From positions 744,001 to 808,000 of the forward strand of contig NIVC01000412.1 of NCBI GenBank assembly GCA_002269645.1: DNA of 64,000 nt, read 5' to 3'. Below the pieces are notes generated by a model, which searched no databases, was not told the origin of the DNA, and was given only the letters and a program-made list of their open reading frames with translations. The translations under genes and the position numbers were made by a program. Positions 1 through 9,935 of this stretch are shown here, in pieces; the first letter of the stretch is position 1, and each line of letters starts with the position of its first letter. Source of the stretch: Macrostomum lignano (lineage: Eukaryota).

Positions 1-820
1 CTACGGAAGCTGGTCGCTTTCAACGGCAGCAAAATCTGCATGCTTCGTGAATCCTGACCTCGGTGCAGCTCAAGGACAAGGGGCCGGTTGCCTTGCGTCA
101 ACATAAGCGTGGTCAAGACAGGATCCGACATACTGTGGTGCGACCTCATGGATCAGCTGAGACTGCGGATCGTCGCTGCAGACGGTGAGCGAGTGCAGGC
201 AGTCGGCACGAGAGTCCTGACTGACTGGATCCCAAGCCGGTATGACCAGTTTACTCAGGAACTCAGACACATCACAGGATTTCAGCACAGGCCGCAAGTC
301 AACCCCGCGGTGCAACCGACAGCTCAACCGTTGCGCAGAGTGCTGCCCAGCCTAAGAGATTCGGTTCAAAAAGAGGATCAACATCTGCTGCAGCAAAAGC
401 ATCATTGAGGAGACCGACGCCTCAAACTGGGTGTCAAACCTAGTCGTGGTGCCAAAAGCGATCATGACCAGACTGATCTGCAACGACCTGAGAGTCCCAA
501 ACAAGAGAATCATACAGAAGAGGTCACGATGCCTCTCCAATTTAGAACTTGAATTTGTCATGCAGCTGGAGCTGACCGAGAACTGCAAAAATCTGACGGC
601 TTTAGGGACAGAACGAGGCCTATTTCGATATCGAAAGGATGTGATTCAAGGGTGCAGTGCACCCTATTGGCGACATTGCGGCGCACGTGGCATCACGGGA
701 AGAGCATGGCAATTAGCACCCGATCAAGGTGCTACAAGTTTTGATGACGCACAACGTGACCATCAACACAGTCAAGTGCACCTGGCACCATGCAAGGATG
801 AGGTTAACTTCCTAGGCTAA
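1..820 (+). mobile_element. Degenerate Ty3/gypsy LTR-retrotransposon pol (protease-RT) remnant, frameshifted
   Basis: ORF fragments GFQHRPQVNPAVQPTAQPLRRV, WVSNLVVVPK, DLRVPNKRII, LTALGTERGLFRY and CKDEVNFLG match the order of gypsy RT motifs; interrupted by frameshifts and stops. Element-like sequence appears to run to ...TGTGACA at ~1294. Confidence 0.8.
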
Positions 821-1494
821 TCAAGCTATCGAGCATTGTTGTTGTTAAACGAGGGTGGGAAGCAGTGCTACCCGCGGATCAGCCCAGAGAAGGGCTCTAC
901 CGCTAGCTTACAGGGCCTATCTACCAGGGGCATTTAGCCCGAGCAGCCCAGATTGGGTCCAGGACTCAAGGCCTGGTGAGAGTGCCTTATTGGATGCTAC
1001 TCACCCAAGCCTATGGACTAAGACATCGCCTACCCATAGTGGAATCAGGAACGGTGCTAGGACCGAGTCCACCCAAGCCACTCGCCAGCGACAAAGTCCC
1101 GAGTGGAAAGCAGTCCGAGAGCGGGAAAACCCGAAGTCTACGGAAAAAGCTAAATTATTGGAGCGAGTCTCGAAGCTTATTACAATGGGCGAGTCTCCTA
1201 TCAGGAGTAGGATCAGGCTCCTATAGGGCTGCAAGCCTCAAGGCTTTTTCGCTATCCAGAGCGTTAAGGTGCAGTCGAAATGTAAGCTGTGACATCTCAA
1301 TTTTATTGCACAAACGCAAAAAATCCAATCGACATTTTTATTTTTCCTACTTAAAGTAGACGAAATGTGCGCTACTCCAATTTTATATAGAATCCGCACG
1401 ATGAATTTCGCCACAAAAGCGTAAAGCTCAGAGAATTAGGCTTAGCTTGCAGCATTGTTCAGGCTTAAATAGGCAGTCGGACACCCCAACTGCC

Positions 1495-1570
1495 GGGCTG
1501 GTCCGGAGTCAATGGGTTAACTGAATTGCTCTCAAAATACCCCATTGGCACTCACTTGACCAGCTTTTTT
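1495..1570 (+). ncRNA. Y RNA-like gene, copy A
   Basis: GGGCTGGTC-C-GGA-GTCAATGGG-[24-nt loop starting TTAAC]-CCCATTGGC-ACTCACTT-GACCAGC-TTTTTT. Lower stem GGGCUGGUC/GACCAGCUU with bulged C, upper stem 9 bp, T6 terminator, TTAAATA at 1465-1471. Ends resemble vertebrate Y RNAs (GGCUGGUCCGA...CACUUGACUAGCC-UUUU). Confidence 0.85.
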
Positions 1571-1900
1571 GTTGCCTTTAATCCAAAAGTTTTCAAATAT
1601 TTCTGGGCTTTAGGAAACGAGCATTCAACATGTAAATGTACATAAATAGGTGAATGACAAAGACTACTTGATCCTTGACGAGATCAATAGTCCAACACTG
1701 ACCAGCAGATTTTCAAACAACTTTTTTTTAATTTTTCCAATGTTACATTCTTTCAAAATCTTCTACGCATAGTTTTGTCATTTTCTACTGTAAGTAATAT
1801 AATAGCGTGTGTGTAGAATTATTTACCGGAGAAATTGGCCGGATTGCATGAGCTGCGCATTGAGGAGTTTAAACAGCAGTTGCAGTTGCCATTTTAACCA

Positions 1901-1991
1901 GGCGGTCCGGAGACGAAGGGTGAACTATAACGAGCTTACACAGCCATGAATTCCATCCCATCGACACTTGAAATTGACAGTCGAAATTTTT
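1901..1991 (+). ncRNA. Y RNA-like gene, copy B (degenerate, possible pseudogene)
   Basis: GGCGGTCCGGAGACGAAGGG...CCCATCGACACTTGAAATTGACAGTC-GAAA-TTTTT. Two A.A mismatches in the upper stem and an altered 3' bulge; TTTAAACA at 1868-1875. Confidence 0.65.
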
Positions 1992-2202
1992 ATGTAGAAT
2001 TTTCATTAAGTTTAAAATTGCTATCACTGTTTACATAATTTGTCTAACATTAATAAAGATTTTTAGTAACTTAAATTTGCATTGTTTCATTTTAGTGAAA
2101 GTAAAATTAGTTTATGCTTTATAGTGGAATTGTTACGGTAGAATTATTTACTGTAATAATTCTGAAGCAGTTTATGAGAAATAAAATATGATGTTGGCCT
2201 TT

Positions 2203-3147
2203 TGATGTGACTGCCCTCGATGACCGTCTGCTCCACGGGGAGGGGAGCGTATGACCATAGGGGGCAATGACCGTAGGCTGCCTATGACCGGGCAATGACC
2301 TGACGGACCTCCAGCACCAGACTGTCCCGCCCACATGATTGATAGCATTGGTAGCGCTTTCGTGACCAGAGGGCCAAGGACCAACATGGACCCCACCTGT
2401 AGCCAATGTGCAATAATTGGTCACTCGGTCATAGCATGACCGAATGGCTGCCACCACTCTATGTGACCTGGCGCACCTGGATCTTACTACCAGACCTCTT
2501 AAGGCTAGAGCCCCGCCTGGATTGGTTACCAGAGAATTTAGGCTAACAGGGGAGACGCATGCAGCCGAGTACAGGGACTCTGCTTGGGGCATGATCGGGA
2601 ACTCTGGGCTCAATCTGGAGGATTTCTCAGCAGGGGATCCTTTGTGGCTGTGAGCGAGGCGAACTTGCGGCTTCAATTACTAAGAGTAGTGATGTGAACA
2701 TGTACTAGCTATAGTTTAGATTGCTCAGGGCGAAGGGACGCGTAAGCAGGGTGTTGCAACCTTCCTGCTGCCATTCTGTGCCATGACTCGCTAATCCCTC
2801 TACTGCACGCACACTCGGACCCGCAGCACGCACACACAGGCGGGCTTGCACGGGGGAGATGCCATTAGCTTACCCAAACTTCCTTATGCTTTGCCACCCA
2901 GGGAGAAGGCTTAGCAAGCCATGGGTGAAATGATGGTGAAGGTGTGAAAAATGAGGTGTTTTAGTAATTGTTTATAATTAGGCCCTTGGGCGAAATTAAC
3001 AGGCAATTAGGCGGCTTCACTATTGAGTAAAATACAGCAAGGTACATAATTGGCTCAGCTCTCTAATCAAACAATGGGAAATAAGCAGACCCCGGATAAG
3101 CAAAGGCAATTAGAGCACAAATCAGTACAGGAACTCACCGGCAGCTG

Positions 3148-3221
<74 letters not shown>

Positions 3222-4405
3222 TGGAGTGACCGAGGGCGGCTGTTGGCTGCGGACAGACAGGTAGTGAAGCGGCGATGCGCTGAAGCGACGAGGCACTGAT
3301 GTAGCTCAGGCGATGCTGAGGATGCTGGGCGGTATCGGACCGCGGGCCGGTAGATGAGCTCGCTTGGAGAGCTGAGGAATCTTGGCGGTATCAGATCGCG
3401 GGCCGGCAGAGGTTCGTCCTATAGACGAATGGGGGGGGGTTCAGACCGGCGTCTGACGGCAAGTCCAAAGATAGAACGAGAAGCCAAGGTGGGCGAAGGT
3501 CTTGCAGAAGACCAAAGGCCAAAACTTTTCAGGTTGTCACGCCGAAAATCAATTCCTTAAATAGTCCTCACGGCCGCCGCTCTAAGGTCGTTTCCATACT
3601 CCCTCACTCTGATTGGCCGCCGGGATGATGACGTCAGAATGAGTCATTATGAGAAATATAAGAACGGCATAGCAACATGAGAAATGGGAAACATGCGCAA
3701 TCCGGACGGGGATTGATGGGAAATTGAGCCCAGCGGGAGGTCGAAGAAGTGTTGCGCAAGCAAACATTGAGAACAATGGGATCCAGATCGAGAATAAAGG
3801 AAATGGAAATCGGGGATAATTGGGAAGAATCGAGAACAAAAGAAAAGTAAACATTGAGAAAAAGGTGCTAATTGGGTGCGAAAAGGAGAACAAAAGAATC
3901 AAAAACAAGAAAAATAGAAGCGGAGGAGGGGTGGCTGTCACATGAGAAATCTTGGGAAGAGAACAATAGCATGAGAAAGGTTGCGCAAGAGGAGGGTGAT
4001 GAGTCATCGGGGTGAGGGAAGGGTCAGGAACCTTGCGTTACCATTTGGGATCCTAAAGGGAGATGGGGTGACGATGAGCACAAGCGATATTCTAAGTAGG
4101 CACGGGACGAGGAGGGGACAGCGCAAGAAAACCGTGCAAGAACATGATAAAAAGACGGGAAACATGAGAAATACATGATAAATGGGGTGAGGCGCATGAG
4201 AAATGGGGGAGCAGGCGAGGTGCACAAAAAGGGGGGCTCCAGAAAGGCAAGTATGGCTGAGTGGGGGACGGAACAGAGACAGCAGGGGTCGCAATCAGAG
4301 CGGGAGTCAGTTGTCCTGGTCAGGGGGACCCGGCCCAGTCTCGACAGCTCGAACATTTCGAAAAATTTCCCCAATTCATCCCGCGATTAAGACGTGGTTA
4401 CATCA
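2203..4405. mobile_element. 2.2-kb TG...CA insertion with 4-bp TSD (probable solo LTR or non-autonomous element)
   Basis: Termini TGATGTGAC...GTTACATCA (8/9 inverted match). CTTT is duplicated at 2199-2202 and 4406-4409. The paralogous spacer at ~9580-9600 (gttgacCTTTagaaaatcagat) has a single CTTT, i.e. the empty site. No TE-like ORF inside. Confidence 0.75.
3147..3218. repeat. (CA)n(GA)n microsatellite
   Basis: Direct reading. Confidence 0.95.
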
Positions 4406-4627
4406 CTTTAATAAATTTCAGATTGCATCTGATCAGAATTATTCAGACGCCAAGTAGTAGTTTCTAAATGTAGTTTTTCTGCAAACTTTGGAATTAAAAA
4501 TGTGTATTTCTACTTGAAGTAGATGATAGGAGCATGACGTGTGCATTTTAGTGGTAAGATTCTTTTCATTGCATCAAAGCCTGTCTGTAGAGCTTAAATA
4601 GCAGTTCAGACGCCAAAGCTCAAGCAA

Positions 4628-4741
4628 GGCGGTCCGGAGTCGATGGCTTAACAAAACTTACTCATGATAGATAGATAGATAGATAGATATTAGATAGGCA
4701 TGAAATACGGCCATCGGCACTAACTTGACTGCCAAATTTTT
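4628..4741 (+). ncRNA. Y RNA-like gene, copy C (loop expanded by a GATA microsatellite)
   Basis: GGCGGTC-C-GGA-GTCGATGGC-TTAAC...(GATA)n...GCCATCGGC-ACTAACTT-GACTGCC-AAA-TTTTT. Compensatory C-G pair closes the upper stem; TTAAATA at 4594-4600. Confidence 0.8.
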
Positions 4742-4904
4742 AATGCAGAATCTTCATTAATTTTAAATCCTGGTCACTGTCTTCTACATACATGTAGATG
4801 TGCGTACAGTATTAGAATTTGTTGTAAATTTGCACTTTTTTCTACACAGTGGCGATAACTGCATGTTTTATACGAGTAAGTAGTATGCGTTTTTAGCATA
4901 GTGC

Positions 4905-5014
4905 ACTATGGAATGAAAAATGTGTATTTCTACTTGAAGTAGATGATTGGAGCATGAAGTGTGCATTTTAGTGATAAGATTATTTTTATTGCATCAAAGC
5001 CTGTCTGTAGAGCT
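4905..5014 (+). promoter_or_regulatory. Orphan duplicate of the copy-C type Pol III promoter, truncated at the TATA position by a LINE fragment
   Basis: Near-identical to ~4490-4593 (CTACTTGAAGTAG at 4930-4942, ...gcatcaaagcctgtctgtagagct), then switches abruptly into RT sequence; no RNA body follows. Confidence 0.75.
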
Positions 5015-5685
5015 AGCTAGCCAGAACAGCTTCCAGCCCGTAGGTCAGCACCGTCTCAACTGCCGAGTAGAAGAGGGCGACCTTCAGGCTTTCGGTGGCG
5101 AGCCGGCAGTTGAAGATGGAGCGGGGAAGGTGGGAGGCCCGCCACGTCAGCTGCTTGCGGTTGTTGACAATGGCATCCGGGTTAGTGGCCAGGACCAGGA
5201 CGCCAAAATACTTGAACTGGTTGCACCGGGGCGATGGAGTTGCCGTCCGGTAGAAGAAGTGGTGGAGAACTGGCAATGCTGGCAACATGCAGCACCTCTG
5301 TCTTGCCGTAGTTAATGTGAAGCCCCACGCACTTTCCAGCGGCTTCTCAACATCCAGAGCGGCTTCCGACCAGGATGGTCAACAGCAGAACAAGTCGCTG
5401 CGATCCGGTGCATCATCCACACCTGCGAGACTTGCCAAAAAGAGGTGTGAATTGTTTTTGTAGATTTCTGCAAAGCTTTTGACTTCGCCAGCCATTGCCT
5501 TGGCTCTTCCAGCAGCATGGATTTCCTCAGCTGCTGGTCCAGACGATCATGGACCTCTACATCTCGTCCAAGGCCTGCAAGGTGACACCTTATCCTCGTT
5601 TCTATTCGTCATCGTGATCGACTACATCATGCAGCTGGCTCTGCGCGGCGAAGACGGCTTGTATACAACAGCGGACAACCTGTAA
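5015..5685. mobile_element. Non-LTR retrotransposon (RTE-like) RT fragment with internal inversion
   Basis: + strand ~5352-5685: IQSGFRPGWSTAEQVAAIR, FVDFCKAFD, QGDTLSSFLFVIVIDYIM. - strand ~5350-5015: VEKPLESAGLHINYGKTE, FKYFG, LFYSAVETVLTYGLE. Confidence 0.85.
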
Positions 5686-6352
5686 GGTGCATTTTATGCG
5701 CAGACATTCAAGTGGCATTCCATGGACTCGCAATTGAAGATTCTCCATGGTCTTTGAGTGCAAGTTGCACCAAGACAACTAGTCCAAACTGCAGTATGAC
5801 CTTGGGTGGGGCTTCGAAGTCGCGGTTCTAAAAGCTAAGCTAAATAGAATTAAATAAGTACATTTGCACCCGTATGACTCGTAATTATAGTTGCACCAAT
5901 AACGACCGTACAGTTTACACATGTACATTTGAATCTAGCTTGATCCATGAAGTGACGAGCAATCTAAAAGGCGAGTTTTATTAGGTGAGTTTTGATTTAC
6001 TTTTAAATCAAAGCTGCTGTCTATGAGCAATTGTACCATGACCTTTGCGTCCGCTGGGCACTTATTCTTGCCTTTTAATGCCACACAGACTACATTTAAG
6101 CCAGCTTGCAGGAAAGAAATATCGAAATTAGCGGGCAGTTAATGACATTTAAACCCCTTTAAAGCTCACTTTCAGAGAGGTTATTGACATTTTGCTTTTA
6201 TTTTGCGGGATTTAATCCATCACTTTCCCGGACACATTGCAAGGATTATTGTATGTATCTAAATAAGCGAGCTTCTCTCTTCTGTTCCTTCGTGACTCGA
6301 GAAATTTCTTAATGAAATTTGTCTATGGTAAGAACCCCCACACTCCCATCAG

Positions 6353-7039
6353 GGGCTTCGCCCCCCACACCCCCATCCCCAACTTCAACCATAGACATAC
6401 AAGTATATGGCTCCTGGATTTATCTGAATGCATCCCGCAAAGTTAAAGTAGTTTAAATAAGATATTCTATGGGTTTTTCGGTCGGTATTTCACTTAAATC
6501 CCAAAAGCTTCGGCTCTCGGGATTTAATCACACACCGACCAGGGACTACTCAAACACCGGGACGGGAAACTAAAATTTTTTACGAGGCTGGCTGGCAATT
6601 ATTCGCATTAGAGAGATGCTGTGTTACTTTGTTGTCTATGGTTATTTTCTACTGCTGATAAAAGACCAGCCTCGTAAAAAATTCCTAGTTTCCCGTCCCG
6701 GTGTTTGGGAGTAGTCCCTGACACCGACCTCAAACCCATAGAATATCTTATACTTAACGCCCGATTGAGCCCAAACCCAGGTCGGTAGTTTGAATAAGAT
6801 ATTCTATGGGTTTGAGGTCGGCATTTCACGAGAATTTTTTCTATGGTACCTACTGCTGCGAAATCGTTGCGAAAGGTTGCGAAAGGCTCTTGGGATTTAA
6901 GTGAAGTACCGACCGAAAAACCCACAGAATATCTTATTTAAACTACTTTAATTTTGCGGGATGTATTCAGATAAATCCCGGAGCCATACTTGTATGTCTA
7001 TGGTTGAAGTTGGGGATGGGGGTGTGGGGGGCGAAGCCC
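6353..7039. mobile_element. Foldback/MITE-like element with ~157-bp terminal inverted repeats and two internal hairpins
   Basis: Outer arms 6353-~6510 / ~6886-7039; inner IRs 6540-6591/6666-6720 and 6724-6751/6794-6821 (28 bp, perfect). Confidence 0.75.
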
Positions 7040-7097
7040 GGTAGGCCGAGACGCGGTAAGGCAGTTGTGTGTGAAGCGTGACCTCTTGATAATGGAA

Positions 7098-8036
7098 TTG
7101 TGTCTAGTTTCGTCCAAAAACCAATGCAAAACGGCTAGGACACAACTTCCCAGACGGAAATTGTTCACTAAGCGATTCTAGGGATTTGTGTCATAGGCAT
7201 TTTCCACTTGGCGCAAGCCAAATGATGGCCATAGACTAAACGTTTGGAACGAAAATTTTAGCGGAACAGTCTGAAATTACCATAGACGAAACATGTTAAA
7301 TGAAGTTGTGGTCTTATAAGTTGGAACTCTGCGGCAGAGGATACATGTTCCTGTTTCTTCTGTTTGCCCTAACCTCCATTCATGCCACTCATACGAATGA
7401 TAAATTGGTCGAATTTGCCGATTGAAAGAATTGACGGCTTGAATGGAAATGAGGCCAACTTTCTCAGCGACTTGAGTGTCAGGCCATGCAGAGTCCAGTG
7501 AATGCTGTTCAGCCTAGTCAGGGTTCAACTTCGTGGAAGAGCGTCAGTCGCAAGTTCAAAGCAGTGGTTCCACGTTTGTTGGTGCAGTGAAGTCGGGTCC
7601 TGCTGGATTTCAGTTTTCTACCTGCACGTTCACCAACTGCACATTTACCATTCATCGGAAGGACTGAATGAACTGTCGATTCTAGCTCTACTCATCGATT
7701 ATTGCGGAACAATTGGTCCACGTTTCATTATGCCCACGTTACCGTTTTCGTATATTTATGCAATCTGTTTATTCAGCTTTGTTGTATTGAATAAAAAATA
7801 TCCTCGCAAACGCATTGATACAGGAATATACAGATTGCTCATCTGCAAATGGGTATATCCAAATATAACCCGTTGGGAATAGCTAACCAAAGATGGGGGC
7901 AGCTTGACCATAGACTATTCGCAGATAAGCAATCTGTTGTATTCCTGTTTCGATGCCTGAAAGGCGCGCAAAAACTTACTTAGTTCACAATTTCCGTGGA
8001 CGCAATCGTTTGTGGCCCAAACGAAACTAGACACAA
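7098..8036. repeat. Second foldback-like segment
   Basis: 16-bp IR TTGTGTCTAGTTTCGT (7098-7113) / ACGAAACTAGACACAA (8021-8036); internal ~40-bp imperfect IR 7812-7850/7917-7956. Confidence 0.5.
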
Positions 8037-8179
8037 TATCTTATACTTAACGCCTGAGTGATTGTCTATGTCAAACTTACTTTAATGCAAATAAGCGCGC
8101 AGTTAATGACATTTAACGCCCGATTATTCTGTCCCACTTTGTCAAGGACACAAATGTCTATGGCACAATAATAGTAACA

Positions 8180-8342
8180 CCCATGCTTTAAGGGCGTTAA
8201 TGGGAAAATCAGAGGGCGCCGTTTGCAAGCTGTCTAGCGTTGTCAAATTCGTTCTGATCGCTTGTCAGCGGAGGTGGCGGCGGCGGCGGCGGCGGTTCAG
8301 AGGCACCCTCTGATTTTCCCATTAACGCCCTTAAAGCATGGG
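8180..8342. mobile_element. 163-bp mini inverted-repeat element
   Basis: 41-bp IR CCCATGCTTTAAGGGCGTTAATGGGAAAATCAGAGGG... at 8180-8220 / 8302-8342 around a (GGC)n-containing spacer; no TSD seen. Confidence 0.65.
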
Positions 8343-8846
8343 AATTAATTTACTATTAATCGTACTTTATTTCATTAAATCGTACATGTAGCAGTAATAA
8401 TATTTACGATTCGTATAATTAATTATTAGTGCGGGAAGCATAAACTTGTAAATAAATGTTTAAATACTAATTGGTTCCGCTTGCAGTGGCCCCTTATTAA
8501 TACGCAGTTTATTAATTCGAGCGTAGTATTAAAACCTGCGGTTACGGTTAGCTGGTTAGTCAGAAAACAGAAAGCTAACAATTTATAACAAGTGCCAAAC
8601 GTACCAGTAAGTGAATAATTGCAAATGCGTTTATACGAGCGAATCAGATAAAGAATTTTATTTCACCAACGCAAAAAATTCAAGTGATATTTTTATTTTT
8701 CTACTTATAGTAGACGAAATGCGTGCTACTCTAATTTCATTGAGTTTGCACAATGAATTTCACCACAAAAGCATACAGCGCAGAGAATTAGGCTTAGCTT
8801 GCAGCATTGTTCAGGCTTAAATAGGCAGTCGGACACCCCAACTGTT

Positions 8847-8921
8847 GGGCTGGTCCGGAGTCGATGGGTTAACTGAATTGGTCTCAAAATACCCCATTGG
8901 CACTCACTTGACCAGCTTTTT
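8847..8921 (+). ncRNA. Y RNA-like gene, copy A'
   Basis: GGGCTGGTCCGGAGTCGATGGG-TTAACTGAATTGGTCTCAAAATAC-CCCATTGGCACTCACTTGACCAGC-TTTTT. Paralogue of copy A with ~200 bp of homologous upstream promoter; TTAAATA at 8817-8823. Confidence 0.85.
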
Positions 8922-9317
8922 GCTGGTTAAATTAAACAGTTTTCAAATTATTTTGTTTAATTTCTGGCCTTTAGAAAAGGAAGAATTTTAAAAAGTGCCC
9001 GCTGCAAGATTTATTTGTTAAAATAGTCAGACAAAAACATTAGATGATCCAAGAATTAGAAATTTAGCTCTTAGATCAATTCGTTTATATTAACAATTTT
9101 CATCAAAGATAAAAGTCAAGCAGGCTTTCAGAAATTTTTCTATAGTAATTTAACTTTCTTTAGTTAATTTTTATTGGCTTGGCATAGTTTATCATTTCTA
9201 CTGAGAGTAGATTAATAGCGTATGTGTAGAATTATTTACGAGAGAAATTTGCCGGATTGCATTGAGATGCGCATTGAAGTGGTAGGTTAAATAGTTGTTC
9301 AGTCGCAATTTCAACTA

Positions 9318-9398
9318 GGCGGTCCGGAGTCGATGGGTTAACAAACTTACTCAAACGAATTATACCCCATCGACACTCACTTGACAGCCGAATTTTTT
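9318..9398 (+). ncRNA. Y RNA-like gene, copy B'
   Basis: GGCGGTC-C-GGA-GTCGATGGG-TTAAC...-CCCATCGAC-ACTCACTT-GACAGCC-GAA-TTTTTT. Perfect 9-bp upper stem; TTAAATA at 9287-9293. Confidence 0.85.
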
Positions 9399-9797
9399 AA
9401 ACAGAAATTTTATTAATTTTAATTATTTCTGTCACTACATAATGTGCCAACGACAGTAACTAAATTTTTCTCTTTAGTGAAAGTAAAATTGGTCTTTCCT
9501 TTATATTGGATAAAAGTACAAAAATATGTCATGTGATTAATTCAAGTGTAATTATTCTTCTATTAATGATAAAAAATATTGTTGACCTTTAGAAAATCAG
9601 ATACAGGATCAATCATACGCTAACTTATAGTTTTTATAGTTTTCTGAAGTTTGCTGCATAATTTGCAATGAAAAATGTGTTTTTCTACTTAAAGTAGATT
9701 ATAGGAGCATGACGTGTGCAGTTTAGTAGTAAAATTCTTTTTATTGTATCAAAGCCTGTTTAAGCTTGAATAGCATTAGTCGCCAAAATTCACCTAC

Positions 9798-9893
9798 GGC
9801 GGTCCGGAGTCGATGGGTTAACTCTGTTCAAAGCAATTTAGACTTCCACATGGTTTACCCCCATCGGCATACACTTGACAGCCGACTTTTTTT
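9798..9893 (+). ncRNA. Y RNA-like gene, copy C'
   Basis: GGCGGTC-C-GGA-GTCGATGGG-TTAAC...-CCCATCGGC-ATACACTT-GACAGCC-GAC-T7; TTGAATA at 9766-9772. Confidence 0.85.
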
Positions 9894-9935
9894 CTAAGAA
9901 TGCAATATTAGACTAATCAATCTTCTTGGATTATA

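Noticed and set aside
2119-4467. ORFs inside the 2.2-kb insertion as genes
   Set aside because: No recognisable motifs or splice structure; composition-driven ORFs within a TG..CA element.
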